From the NCBI RefSeq assembly GCF_009914755.1, contig NC_060925.1: DNA of 64,000 bases, one strand, 5' to 3'. Below, in pieces: positions 1-14,620 of the stretch. This DNA comes from the human T2T-CHM13v2.0 reference genome, Homo sapiens. The notes below the pieces were generated by a model. It did not search any database, was not told the origin of the DNA, and worked only from the letters and a program-made list of their open reading frames with translations. The position numbers were made by a program, and so were the translations under genes. Numbering within the stretch: the stretch's first letter is position 1; every line of letters begins with the position of its first letter.

Positions 1-1559
1 AACCCTTATATAAGTAGGAGGGGTTTCTAGAGTCCACGGGCTAAGTACAACCATAAAAAAATCAGTGCAGTTTAGGGATTTCAATATTGTCAGTCACAAA
101 ACTGATGGCTATTAAACAAATACAATTTTAAAGTTTGCTATAGAGCTAGAGGAGATGAAGGGAATGAAGGAAAGAAAGGCGAAAATAGCACAAAGCATAA
201 ATAATAGGTAACATTTACTAAACAGTTAGTAAGTTAGTATGTGCCCAAACTGTCTTGAGGGTCCCCATATAAACTATTGTAGACTGACAAACCTGGCTGC
301 CTACCACAGTCTAGGCATTGACTGGGCCACTGAAATGAAAGAGGCTACGTTCCAACCTTCAAGTGGCCCAAAGGCTAATAGGATAAACAGTCATAAAAAC
401 TAATACATTAAGCCACCCTAAGGTTCAAAGAGATTAAAGTGACTTACCAGTCACTCTGCAAGTAAGTTATGGAGCTGAACAGGTTTCAAATGATCTGACT
501 CTGATTTTGGGTGCTTTCTATAAAGTAAGTGAGTCACTCTTCAGAGAAGGAAGCATCTATAAGTATTAGTAAATTAACTGAAGCTCAGCAAATCTCATGG
601 CCTCTGATGAAAAAGGCACTGTTCAGAACAATCAAGGGAATGGCACTGGCTCAAGTTAACTGAACTTTCACTGTGTATCACACATGTGCTAGGTAACTAA
701 TTTCATCAAACTCTGAATGCAATAGCCTGGAGTTTAAATGTATTCGTAATAAAAGGTGCATTACAAAATTTTTGCAAAGCATGACCAAAAAAAAAAAAAA
801 AAAAGAATCTAGTGAGTGCAGACCGAGACCCAGACCCAAGCATTTCTCCTTCCTTTAATCAAGGATCAATTAACTTCATATACCTCTGGGGATTTCTTGG
901 GATGTGTAGGTTGCAGAGGAGGTGAAATATGAACTCACTGACAAACACTTAATGGGCATAAAATCAAAGCATGAAGAAAGGCCCCTGTGTTGGGTTCAGG
1001 CCTTTGAAACTTCTCTGGCTTTGAAAAACTAACACTGGGGCAGGTTGGGTGGTTTGGGGGTGGAGTGTAAAAAAACACAGACTAAGTTTTTGTGGCCCAC
1101 CCATTGATAAACTCATGTGGGAAGTGTTACCCAAGTGACCTGGCCCCAAAGCCCTGCTCCCTGCAGCCACAGTTCACCTTTGCACAAAATTAAACACAGC
1201 CTCCTTCTCACAAAGTGCTTTTTAGAAAGCCCTTGGTGAGGCTAAGAAGAGAATGATGGGAAGGGTGAAGAAGGAATCTTTGCATTTTTTGACCAAAATC
1301 AGAGCACCAGGAGGGGACTTTTATGTCTTCTACATACCAGGTCCTTCATGTCCTTTTCCAGAGTTGTTCAATTTTCCACTCAAAACAATCCATAGTCATT
1401 ATAAAATACGTGAAGTCCAGGATCTGCGAGAATAATAATTAAACTAACATCTGCAGAAAGCCTACACATCTATCCACAAAATAATACTGGTTGCACAAAA
1501 ATAGGCATCTGGTATAGCATAATTACTCAAATTGGGCAGCTATTAGAACTCTGTGACAA

Positions 1560-1850
1560 GGCCATTTGCGGTGGCTCATTTCTGTAATCCTAGCCCTTTG
1601 GGAGGCTGAGGCAGTTGCATTGCTTGAGCTCATAAGTCCGAGACCAGCCTTGGCAACATGATGAAACTCCGTCTCTACCAAAAAAACAAAAATTAGCCGA
1701 GTGTGGTGGTGCATGCCTGTAGTCCCAGCTACTCAGGAGGTAAGAGGATAACTTGAGCCCAGAAGGCGGAGGTTGCAGTAAGCCAAGATTGCACCACTGC
1801 ACTCCAGTCTGGGTGATAGAGCCAGATCTTGTTTCAAAAAAAAAAAAAAA
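1560..1850 (+). mobile_element. Alu (AluJ-like)
   Basis: Dimeric Alu with poly(A); TSD AGAACTCTGTGA on both sides. Confidence 0.92.
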
Positions 1851-4816
1851 GAACTCTGTGATAAAAAGTTTATACATCTTACCTACAGTACAGAGTTATG
1901 AGTAGGTACTGTTCTACCCATCTTACAAATGGAAAAACTGAGGATCAGAAATGTTCATCAGTTCACCTAAAATGCAGAGCTAGCAATGGTCCCAATTTGG
2001 ACCACCTATTCAAAATATAGACTGAAGACCCTGGACCTTGAAGGAGTTTAGACTTTAGGAATTGATTAATTTAATCTCCACGATAGCTATGAAACGTTGT
2101 GGGTTATTATTTTCATGTATACCCAACAGAAAACTGAGGCCAGAAGTTTTATAACTGGTACAAGGTCCTCAAGTGAGTAAATTGGTCACTGGGTTTTGAA
2201 CCCACATCTGTCTGTCTTTTGGCTTATATTTTCTTACTCTATGACCTGACCCTCCCTTTCTTTATAAACATATTCCCTGTTAAAATATCACTCACTGATT
2301 TTTTTAAATCACTTAAGGCCAGAATGGTCAACACAACTATTACTTAGAGGTTCAAAATACAAATATTTATGTTGCTTGTAAGTGACAGGGCTTCTATTTA
2401 AAGTAATTAATTGCTACTGGTCTTAGAAGTGTGCAAACTTTCTTTGGTTTACGATATTTGTCCAGATTTTTAGACTGGACACAATCCAGATGAGACAAAA
2501 CTAAGTTTACTATGAAGGCATTTTTCTACCTTTGAAACAGGCTGCCATGAAAAACACTTGCTGTTGGCTGGTGTGAACACGCAATATTCTGGGTCTAGAG
2601 GTCTTCCTTAGCAATTGCTCATTCTTCAGTACTGGAAAGTTCAGGCCCTTTCTCCACAAAAAGAAGACTGTTGGAACCAAAAGCAACTACGTGGTAGAAA
2701 TGGAGAAACCAGTGGCAGATCTAGTCCTAGTACTTGGGTTTCCTGACCCCAAATCAAGGTCTTTAGTCCAACTCAACAAACAAGTATGGCTCTTTCCTAA
2801 GTACTGAGTACTGTGTTAGGTGCTGGGGAAAACAAAGGTGAGTAAAATACTGCAGTGATTTTGAGTTCCCTGCCTTCTGAAAGTCTCAGTTTCCATGACA
2901 AAGAGAAACCTGTTTTACTTTCACCATGGGCGTTAAAAAGAACTTTGGATGTCCTTTCTTATTTGAAAGTGCTTACAGTGAAAACATTTTATTTTTAAAA
3001 TAATTAACATCAGCCTCCTTAAAATCCCCAGCTCCAGCTGTTTCAGCCCTTTCTGTTGGATTTTTAAAGGGTTGCCACATTCATCTGCAAATAAAACAAA
3101 CTGACCAGCAACTCATGGTTCATATCTTTAATTGAAAGAACTCCAAACCTCTTTTGTCATCATTATATATTTCACAAATGAGGTGTTTTATTTCTAGTGA
3201 AACACAACTACCAGAGCCAACAGGACTCATAATCCTTCCATCCCAGGTAAAGCTGAGTCACTTCCCAAGACCTCCTTCCTTTTGAATCCTCTTTAAATAA
3301 GGGAGAGTAAGTATACATTTATTGGGCACCCACTATGTGCTAGGAGTTTTGGATACATCAATTGATTTAATTCTCAAAACAATTTTCTAAATTAATTATT
3401 AGGATATAGACAAAAGACCAAGGGTCAGAGAGGTTGTAATTTGTTTCAGTATCCACTCTGAGGATAAGAGGCATAAACAAGATATGTAATAGAACTGTCT
3501 GACTCTAGAATTCATTCAGAGATGGGACCAGTTAGCCTTTATTGCTAAGGATACATGAACTATGTCTATTCACATATTAGCAACCTAGAAAGTCAGCTAC
3601 GAAACTCTTGAAAGTGGACAAGGGCAGAAACCAAGGCTCCTCTTTAGATGTTAAGATGGAACCATACAGATCCAGCCACTCTCTCTCTGCCTCATAAGTC
3701 TCCCTTATGACCCAAAGGCATTCATTTGCAACATGGCTACCCAGAGTTAAGACACAGCAATAGTCCCATCCATGCAAAGTATTTCTGAGCTCTTACATAA
3801 ATCATCACATTTGATCTTCCTAACAACTCCATGAAGTAATGTCTTTAACATCTGAATTAAAACAACTCCTATTTATCTTTCAAGACTTAAATATCCTTCA
3901 AGACTTAAATCTCTCCAACAAAGGATTTACTTAGCCATGTAACCCACTCTAACAGGATTAATTGCTTCTTTATTTTTTCCAATTTAATCATGATCTTTGG
4001 AGTCAGGCAGACAAGATTTCATATTCCACTCCTATCAACTGTCATTCTTGCTGTATGACCTTAACTCTCTGAACTTTATTTTTATCACTGTACAATAAGA
4101 GTTGGCACATTAATTCCCAATGTACAGAGTTGATTAGGAGGACTAAGATGTAGTTGATAAAATAAGTTATTTCTTGCTCTTATATGTGACAGGGAGCCAC
4201 CAAAAGCTTTTATGTGGGGGTAAGATGTGACCAGATTTCTGTCCAAAGCTCATGCAAGTAGCCATGGGCCCACCAGCCACTTCCCATACGCAATCTAATC
4301 TGCAGGGAAAAGCATGCTCATGAAGTCCTATAATTCCAGGAACTTCTTGGGATTGGGTAGACAAATGGGGCTTTGACAGTGGTTAGCAAGACCCGGAACC
4401 CTGACATAGGGAAGAAACATCACAGTGGGAACCCTGCCATATATTCTCAAAAGATCACATGATGCTGTATCGGAGGCAAGTCTATAATAAGGTTGAGAAA
4501 AATACATTTATTTTTATTTTTCCAGCAGTTAAAAATTCATTCGTCAGCATGTGCACTCCCATCCAAGCCATGCTACCCAGGTGTACACAAAACACCCCGT
4601 CTATGTGGCAGAATAAACAACACGTGGACTGGCAGGACACCAGACACCAGGGACAGCCAAAGATCGAGATAGTCAAAAGGCAAGACTGGAGCCAGATGCA
4701 GTGCCAAAAGCGAAGAGGTGAGCATTATGGGAGGCCCTGCAAGAACAAAATCACCCTGGTGAGCAATCCAAGGGCACTCCAGGTATGCCACTGAGCTACA
4801 TGGCCCGCGATCTAGC

Positions 4817-5186
4817 TCAAAGGTCACAAGCTGGCAGCCCATGGCCAAATCTGGCCTGTAGAGATGTTCCGTTTGGCCTACCCAGGGTTTAAAATGTTTT
4901 AAATTGTTAACATTTAATAACAGGCAGATAACATCCAGATTCCCAGCTTCTTAAACCAGCTCTAAAGTGTGTGGCAATGCAGGCAGTAATAACAGCGGCT
5001 GCCTTCCCGCAGGGAGCATATACACATTCTCCAGGAGCCACCTACTCCCCACTATCTCCCTGACATGAAGGCTGTCTGTGGGTTGCCATTCTCATTGAGC
5101 TTGCACTGTCAATTTTCTTATACCTGGTCCACTGTAGTCATTTATGTTAATTGCCTGGCTTTGTAAACATTTGACTTTATCCTTGC
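4817..5186. mobile_element. hAT-Charlie non-autonomous element (MER102-like)
   Basis: caaaggtcacaagctggcagcccatggccaaatctggcctgtagagatg...tttggcc resembles the MER102 terminus. Confidence 0.6.
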
Positions 5187-6634
5187 TGTAGAGAGTAAGA
5201 GTCCTTGGTTAATGACTCTTGGGTAAACCTATGAAAATAGAAATAACTCTTGATGCCGTAATGTCTCCCATAGTAAGTAATGGCCACATTAGACATGTAT
5301 ATATATGTGTATATGGTTATGTGTGTGTATGGATTTATGCGTATGTCTTAATCTTAACCCAAGACTGAGCCTCCTATCTATGTTTTCAATTATAAACCCA
5401 AAGATCATGTCAAGTCACCAGGGCAAGGTAGTTCATTTCTGCATTTTAGTTATGGGGAAACTGAGGCTTAGAAGCTAAGTAACTTGCCAAAGGTCACACA
5501 GTAAAATGAACAGGGATGTGAAACAAAGCCTTGCTGAAATAGAAAGCCCTTACCAAATTGACTCCATGAGGCTGGTGGTTAGGTCAAAATGAACATCTAC
5601 CTTACTGGCCAGGTAAACAGCTTATCTTAATAAATTGCATGGTTATGCTTCAGAAGATACAGTGGACCCAACTTATAGCTCTCTATGTGATACTAAATGG
5701 GAATATCAGAGAGTTTTATTTTTAAAAGCAATAGCTATCTAAAATCAAAACAAAAACAATCTTCTGATAGAAGCCCACTAATTCTAAAGAATAAAAAATA
5801 AAAGCAAGGTGAGAAGGGAGTTAAAAATTAAAGTCCATCAGATATTTGTTGGCATCATAAATCTTACTCAGAATGGAGTTAGGTGCATAACAGTAATATC
5901 CTGATGAAAGTTTAGAACTGTAAGAGATCTTAATGTCATTTGTTTTCATTTAATAGATGGGAAGGTTGAGGGCCCCCTCTGTCTAACATCATAATTATTC
6001 CTTTCCCATAAATCTCCTGCACTAGCTAAGATCCTCAGAAAAGGGTTCATGTTATTTATCTCTGTGTCCCTGATACAAGGAAGAATTCCTGGCACATAGT
6101 GGGAGTTCAACAAATGTGTACTGAATAAATGCATAGGAAACAAACCAAAATCTGGAAGACCTGGCCCCCTACCAAATACACTCTAGGACTTGTGGATCGT
6201 TTTCTCCCCACTTTCTAAATTTTAACCTAATCTCTCCCACATCCCAAATCCTGTTTTTTAATGCAATCCCCCAAAACAGCACAACATCCCATACCCTAAT
6301 AAAGAGTAGACAATTCCATCAGGAATTGTTTACAGGGATCCTAACCAGCTTCAAGTCTCAGATGGGTGGTTAGGCCGGATGGCTAAGAATAAGACACTTA
6401 TCTTCAGTTTCCAGCCTTTTCCACATAGTGATACTATTAGAAAATACACTATAGGGCACTCCTAGGCAAGCTGAGGAGACTGCTGCTCAGTGATTCAGCT
6501 GCCATGCCCCACCCTGCCCAGCTGCCCAAGGGCTAAGGGATCCATTTCAGCACACCCCTAACCCATTTGCTGGGATCCTCTTGGGAATTTCTGCCCTAAA
6601 GACAGCTCCAAGTAAGAGGAAGAGCACAGATCTC

Positions 6635-6800
6635 AAGAAAGCAACTCAGACCTGGGTTTGAAAACCAGTTTTGCCACTGACACTCTATGTGATCTTCAGC
6701 AAGTTGCCTAATTTCTCTGAGCCTCAACTCTAAAAAGAGGATGCCAATATCCACTTTGAAAAGCTGTGAGGATGAAATATCAGAAGGCAGGTATTTAACA
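6635..6800 (+). mobile_element. MIR
   Basis: cagacctgggtttga...tgtgatcttcagcaagttgcctaatttctctgagcctc MIR core. Confidence 0.75.
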
Positions 6801-9800
6801 AAGATTAGTTCTCTTCCTTCCCAGTCCTGAAAATCTACTATCAAGCTGTTTACATGATGCCAATCAACTGGCTTGACTGGTTTCCTCACTAAGGTGGTTG
6901 GAGTAACCTGGACAGGGCCGTGTCAGCTCAGACAAGGACTGTCACTTGCATTGAGCAAGACTGGAGCCGTTCCAGGGTGCTGTGGATAGGACAACCCTCA
7001 CCCTGGGAGCACACTCCCCATTCCCAGTCCTGTCAATGTTCCTTTTGTAAAACACAGAAACTTTCTTCAAATCTGACAGCTGCCACCTGCACAAATAATT
7101 CAGGGATGTAATTTTGTAACTCAATACAAACCTTGAAAGCTGAAAAGTTTGAAGTCCAAACTAATCCCTTTGACCTTCTGCCTAAACACTCACTAATCAC
7201 TTTTTAATTTGTAGTTGATTTCCTCTCTCTGTGCTGTCCTTACAGGCTACATTTTCATTTTAGAAGTATCCAGGGAGTAAATGGCATTACAAAATACCCA
7301 ACTGAAGTACAACGCAAACTTCTTTTCCCAGAGATCTAAGGCTTCTCCATGGCCCACTGAGTTTTCCAAATGGCAATGGGTGGCAAGAAAATGAGGGAGA
7401 AAATTCCTCCTTTGAAGGGGAGACTCCTCACTGGGAGAATTATGAGCTACAGAAGTTAATAAGATGTGGTCTCTGCCCCCCTAAAAATGCATACTCTGGG
7501 AATAACCACCCATCAACAATGTGACAAGAACTTCCACAGGGGCATTACTAAAGTGAGAGCACTGAGGATGCCCTCAGCACATGACCTGGCAGCCAGCTGG
7601 CATGCAATACCTATTTACTGACTAATCCAGTAAATGAATTTGAAATACTCCTTGCTGTCATTTGAATGCCATGTCATTTGAATGCCAATTGGTATAGCCA
7701 ATTTAAGGCTATACCAAAAAAAAAAAAAGATCCAGAACTGAAAAGGTTTTCTTCCCAAGAAGTTAACAAAACTGCTGCTTTGTTCAGTTCTTATTATCTC
7801 CCAACCTTTAATGCTAAGGAAAAAAATTAGAAAAGTACTTTGAGGGAGCCCGTCTAGTTCCTAAAACAATAGATGCTGAAAAGATGCTTGCTAAAAAGGA
7901 AGCGAACTGGCAGTGAAAGATGTTAATGTTGTTAAATCCAGAAGAATTTTCTTACTTGGGAAAAAAGGTTTCTACTTTAGTCATCACTAGGATTATTGTA
8001 AAATGAAATAAATTGAAATCCACTGGAGGCGTTCTATTCTGTGTGGCCGTTCTTTTTGCCTACTGGGTAATGGAAGCCTCAAGTGGTCCAAGGTGGATCA
8101 GCTCTGTCAATATCCTGGCAGGGAAAGTAAGTCAACACTAGTCATTGGTTCAATGAAGAAATGTCTGATATCAGTAAGACTGCACAAGCAAGTCTGGGAG
8201 TTAAGTAATAACTTTATGTTATTATTACCATCAGTCTTAGCTCTGCCACCAACTACCAGTTTGATCACCGGATCACACTTCCTCATCTGCTCTCTGGGGT
8301 TCATTTTCTTCATGTGCAAAATGAAAGGGCTGGTTTTCCCAGGTGTCTTGTGGACCTTTCTTATTTTAAGAGTTTTCATCTTTATCCAAGGACTGCAGAG
8401 TATTTTGTAAGCAAGGTTTCATTTCCATAGCATCTTTACGTGATAGAGGGGCTTCACTACCTACCTTTGTCCCAGCTGGGGTAACTGAGGAGCACTCAAC
8501 TTTCTTTTAGGTTTGTGAAGGCAGACTGGCTGAGTAGAGACCTCTGGACTTCAAAGATGCTCATTTATAAAGAACAGCTCCAGAAAACACCCCAAAATCT
8601 GCAGACCTTCAGATAAAAATTGAACGAATGTTTGGCAGCTCTTGGCTCTGCTGAAGTAGTAGGCATCAGCAAAAATGGGCGGTGGGTTGGAGGGAGGTGG
8701 GAATTAACATTAGCTACCGCTAGACACTTTCCTGGTCACTTTATTGCTGCACCTCCCTTATTCTGACCAATAATCCTTTCCGGGTAAGGAGTATGAGCCT
8801 GATTTTACAAAGACTAGAAATGAAGAATAGTGATAAGGCCACAGAGAAGTAGGCCAGAAAGGGACGCTGGGTCCGGCTGACTTTCCATGGAACTGTGAAG
8901 CCACCAGATATTCTATCTTTAGGTACTTTTAACTGGAGCTAAGGAGGGGAGCCACTCACAAACTGGGCAGCTGCTTCCTGTAGTCAGAAATCCAGGTACT
9001 CTGGGACCATCCTCAGTTGCTCCTGCAGCGCTGCCCCTTCCCCCACCAGAATGGGAATAACAAAATGTAAGGCATTCGGATACACTGGGAGAACTGGCTA
9101 CAGTAAACAACTCCTAGGTGGTTTGTTATAGGAACCCTATTGTTCCAGAGGGAGGCTCTTTTGCCAGAACTCTCCAGGAAGCCACTGCTGGGTAATGCAT
9201 TTTTCAGCTGTTGAGAGAAAAGGGTAGATCCTGGGATGTTTCTTCAATGGTTCTGGAAGCCAGGCCCTTAATCCTTGCAAAGCAGCAAGGAGCCAGCTTC
9301 TCTCAGAGGGACAGAATGTCTAGAGTCCCTCTTCCAAATCAAAACATAAAAACTCCCCAGCTTCCCCTTTACAACCTCTCAAAACGTGTGAATCAGGCAG
9401 AGGGGAGGAAGAGGGTTGCGAAGCCCAAGGGGGGTTCAGGCCTTCTCTATGCCCCTCCTCCCCTTGTAACCCAGCCCACCTGACCCCTCTATTGCAGTAA
9501 ATTACAAAGCCCCCACTGTTCTCTCTGCCCATCCTCCTCCTCCCACCCACCCCCACACATACACTTTTTTAAAGGGCGAAATGCCAAATAACATTATTCC
9601 CCTTCACCATGGTATTGCCATGACAGCTGCCTGGTATGTTTGCCTGAGAAATGGAAGGTTTTCATGGAAATATCAGCTTCCACGACAGCTCCCCCTTTGT
9701 GGAAGTGGCCTTGAAAAGAAGTGGAAGAATCCCCAACTGGAATCTAATTGGAAGGACAAGAGGGGAGAGCAAGGCCCCCGGAATTGTTCAAAGGCCTGAG

Positions 9801-10091
9801 GAATACTTGAGTGTGGCTTTGGGAACCCATAGGCCTTTGCGAACTCTGGCAAAGCCCCACTCTCCACCCTCCCTCCCTGTCCTACTGCACAATGTTGTAC
9901 TCTGTCGTGGGTAGCCTCACCTCAGAATGGAAACTCTATAATATAATGTGAGGGGGAGGGAAGCACTTACAGTATATACATATTATCCACAGATGTACAC
10001 AGGTATCCTTGCGCACAATGTGAACTGCAGAAAACCATTTCACAGCCCATGTTAATCAAGCGAACACCAGAGAAATCAAAAATGGCTTTCT

Positions 10092-10146
10092 GGGTTTGGG
10101 GTTTGGTTTGGTTCGGTTCGGTTCGGTTCGGTTCGGTTCGGTTTGG
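10092..10146. repeat. (GGTTT)n(GGTTC)6 pentanucleotide microsatellite
   Basis: Directly visible; (GGTTC)6 at 10110-10139. Confidence 0.95.
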
Positions 10147-11082
10147 TGGTGTGCAATTAGCAGACCTAGATACAAGTCCCTCCCCTTCCACCTCTGCCAA
10201 GTCCTGGCAGTGTGATACTTGATTAGTGAATTCTCAGGACCTTCATTTGCTCATCTTCAAGACAGGTCCTGCAGTCTAGAAGGGCTGACATGAGGATGGC
10301 AGAAGAGATGGCGTGGTAAGCAGCCTGCCTCGAACAGGTGCACACACACGTTTCCTCCTCCCCTCCCCACTCAAAGCATGAAGGGGAAGGAGAAGATGCC
10401 TGGGAATGGGACAGGATCCATGAGAAACAATCTCTCCTATCATACCCCAGGTACTTCTGAGAGCAAACGGCATACGTGAGCTCCTACTTGTCCATCAAGA
10501 TGATAGAATGGGTCTTGGCGAATTAATTATTCAACAAACTTGCCCTTCGCAAATCCCATCCAAAGAAATGGTTTGATGCCTTTCAGTGCACTGACTATAC
10601 AAAATACTGAAAAGACCAGTGCACTTCAAAAGCCTCACAAAACCTAGGCTGGGGTTTGGCAGGAGTTCCTCAGCCACTGGGTTTTTCTGTGTGTGGTTTA
10701 TAATAACATGCAAACCTGATGCCAAGTCCTAATCTATTAAGGGACTGCCAATTAGCAGAAGGCTTAGAGCTGCAGGTTTGAGAACTGGGGAGCAGGTCTA
10801 ATTAGGCTTGCAAATCATTTCTCTCCATAGCCCCTTGCATCTGACACAAGGTATTACTGGCTGACTGTTCCGGATATGTTCTTTCCATATTCCTATGCAC
10901 ACTGGTTTTTGTTTGTTTGTTTTAAGGTTCCAGACCTGAAGGCTAAGGCATATTTTCATGTCTGCCTCCTAAATGTAAAATTGGGGATTATCCTCTGGAC
11001 AGTGATTTTCAGATTTAGCCATTCACCATCAGAGGCACTTATAAAAAAAAAAAAAAAAAAGAAAGAAGGAGAGATAGATAGA

Positions 11083-11208
11083 TAGACTGATTCCGGGCCC
11101 TGCCCAGATCTACGTGACCCGAATTTCAGGGGAAGGGCATGAGAATTCTGATTTTTAATAAGACTTCCAAGTGATTTTATCCCAAGGTGATTTGAGAATC
11201 ACTACTCT
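11083..11208. mobile_element. MER5A-like hAT fragment
   Basis: gattccgggccctgcccaga...tttttaataagacttccaagtgatt...tttgagaatcact. Confidence 0.65.
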
Positions 11209-12569
11209 AAAACTTAAAAATTTCATTTTTAAATAAAAGGGCTTAAAAAAATTGATATATAATTTACATAGCATGCAATTTACATATGCATATACCAAGT
11301 CAACACAATTTTAAACCACACTGAATATACAATATTTACTGACAACCTTATTGTGTGCCAGGAGTGAGAAATACTGAGATGAGTAAAACAGGGTTTCTGC
11401 CCTCAGAGAGCTCCTGGTTCTCATAGAAAAATTGATCTTTCCCCTACAGGGACCCTGTGAGGACTCAAACCTGCAGTTCTCCTCTCCCTTTCTCATCAGC
11501 CTAGTTGGGAACTTAGCTTTCCAGTATCTTTCCCAGGACAACTTTAAGAAAGAAACAGGATGATTTCAGATGCTAAACATTAGCAGCCTATCTTAGAAGA
11601 GGAGAAAAGCCTGAGAAACATATGGCTTCAAGATACAGGAGAAAATATGTGCCTCAGGACTGCCTAAAGACAAAAACTGAAAGAGGGGAGTAAAATGCAG
11701 AGGCCCTCTGTGCAGCAGAAAAAGTCCTGGGCTGGGGGTCTCAGGAGTTCAAGGTTGGATTCTTCTGCGAATGAAGAAAGTCCCTTTTCTTCGCTGAGCC
11801 TGTATTAGAGAGAAGAGGCTAGACTAGCTGGTCATGTCCCAAAGCAAATTCAACATGGACATTTCATCCTAGGGCCTTCATCAGAGTTTATTGTTAAGTT
11901 TTACCTGGGAGATGTGCAACCCAGAAGAACTTGGTTTCCTCAGAGCATTCTCTGAGAAATGCTGGCCTAAATAACCTCTAATCAGTCCTAAAAATATGAT
12001 TCATGTGTGTGGCTTTCAAACAAGACTGATTTCCTAGCTGCAGGGCCAATGTTTAATATTTATCCTCTCCACAGTCCTGGATATCCCAGCAGGGACTCAA
12101 AATATGACTATGTCTGGGGAAGGGAGTGGCACGGCAAGGCTGTGTTTTAGAAAGTACACCCTGCCAGCCAGACATGTGGAAGATAAACTGGGGTATGGGA
12201 GCTTTAGTTAGCTGGCTCCTGCTAACCCAGGTGTGACCAACCACCTTCCCAAGGAAAAGCCTTCTGCACTTGGAGACACATCCCATCCACCCTGAATGAG
12301 GTGCATTAAGGCCTCTTACAGCCATGACACCACACCAGGTCCTGGACAGCACAGCTCAAATAAACACTGCCTGCTCTCCAAGAGCATCTGGGGCTGGTTG
12401 CTTCTTTCCTTCAAACACCTCTCTGAAACTCATTGCTGGAGTTTCCCTACATAGACTCCCTCAGGTTATCTTAACACATATATTCAGGACCATACCTAAG
12501 ACTAAATTCGAACTAAATAGCAAGAGAAGGGCAATCTATCCACTGGCAACTGACATACAATGGCAAACA

Positions 12570-12745
12570 GTAGCATGTATACAGTTGTGTATGTGGATTT
12601 TGGAGTCAGATACACTTGGGTCCTAATTTTAACCTAAAACAAGCCAACTAACCTCTCACAGTGATGTGGGAGGAATAAAACCGAGTGTGCGAAGAAGGTT
12701 CATACAATGCCTGGCACACAGAAAATGCTCAGTAAATGTTACTCT
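12570..12745 (+). mobile_element. MIR
   Basis: tttggagtcagatacacttggg...tgcctggcacacagaaaatgctcagtaaatgtta. Confidence 0.7.
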
Positions 12746-13110
12746 TATGAATATGGAATGATGTGCCTTCTGTAAGAAGGAAAGAGACAAGTGTTGTCTT
12801 GGCCCATAAAGAGATCCATTATTTATTTCACATACTGACCACGTATTATGAAAGTCATCAAGCCTTTGGCTTTTCCCCCCCACTTTGGCTTTTTTTTTAA
12901 TGAGACTCGAGTGGGTGATTGAGAATATGGATAGCAGAAAAAGCACAGGTTTGGGGTCAAATAGATTTGTGTTTAAAGCTTAAAGCTTAGGTCTACCTTT
13001 TTTTTTAGTCCTGTGACATTAAGCAGGCTGCTAACCTCTCTAGGGCATCTGTAAAACAGGCTAGAATCAATCTTGACGGGTTACTGTGAAGTTTAGAAAT
13101 ACAGTGCCAT

Positions 13111-13435
<325 letters not shown>

Positions 13436-14251
13436 TCAATCCATGGAAAGTATTGTTATTATTCATGGTCTTCTCTCAAAATACATTAGAATAAAGAAAG
13501 ATGACTAGGGTAGCTCTTTGTCTCTGTGTGAGAGTATTTCCCTCCCTTTAAAGCAGGCAAGGGAAACAGCCTATGTAGAGTTTTAAAGATACCAATGTCT
13601 TTTCAATGTTCCATTATTTCCAGCTAAAGGAAAATAACTGGGGATTTTCTTAGCACTCCACACTGGTTTAAATAAAATGTGTCTTGGAACTTCCCAAGTT
13701 CACTTCACACTCATAGTCAATCCCTATCTCTGTTTCACAGTATTTTTCACTCTCCCTTCATTCATTTTTTTTTCCCAATAAATATTTATGAAGCACCTAT
13801 GATGAACAGAGCACAGACTTAGGAGCAATGGGGTATATGTGGTGATCACAGTTCAAATGTTATTTTGTATTCATGTGAGGAAATTAAGAAAAGGAGTTGT
13901 AATTTGCCAAATGATACTTAGTGGAAAGGGACAGAGGTGGCCATGCCCTGCACAACTCCGAGGAACACCACTCACAGGCTTCAATCTCAGTTAGGGCTGA
14001 AACCAATGCTGTTGCCATTTCCACTCCTCCATCATGGAAGCAGCTGAACCGGCCCCATCCAATCCCTCCTGCTTGGTGACTTCCCCGGGGACTTTTATCT
14101 GTCCCCTGCACATGGACACCGTAAGGACCATGGGCTGGCTGGTTACATTATCTCGTTATTGTTATACTGGTTCTGGCCTTCCCTAGTGCCTGTTGGGGTG
14201 TGTGTGTGCAATTTGCCATAATCACTTATGCAGGAGAAGGAAGGCCAAACA

Positions 14252-14282
<31 letters not shown>

Positions 14283-14480
14283 CAAAAAACAAACAAACAA
14301 ACAAAAACACCCAAAAACTCAAGATGAAGAAACAAGAGAAAAATCGATGATAAGTATCCAACACTGCCTACTTTTACTATGGAATGTGGTCCAATTACCA
14401 GGGAATTATTGGCATGCCAGTTAGCCTCTAGGTCACTGTGTCCCTGAATGGAACAATTTGTGAAACATGCTTAACAAGGG

Positions 14481-14620
14481 CCATCATGCTTGGCTAATTT
14501 CTTAATTTTTTGTAGAAACAAGGTCTTGCTATGTTGCCAAGGCTGATCTTGAACTCCTAAGCTCAAGCAATCCTCCTGCTTCAGCCTCCCACATCGCTGG
14601 GGATTACAGGTGTGAGCCAC
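14481..14620 (-). mobile_element. Alu left monomer (FLAM/AluJ fragment)
   Basis: Antisense Alu left-arm sequence only. Confidence 0.85.

Noticed and set aside
4459-4848. Overlapping 64-111 aa ORFs
   Set aside because: No recognisable homology or splice context; consistent with chance.
7689-7728. Rho-independent terminator-like hairpin
   Set aside because: Eukaryotic intron, and the T run precedes rather than follows the hairpin on the minus strand.
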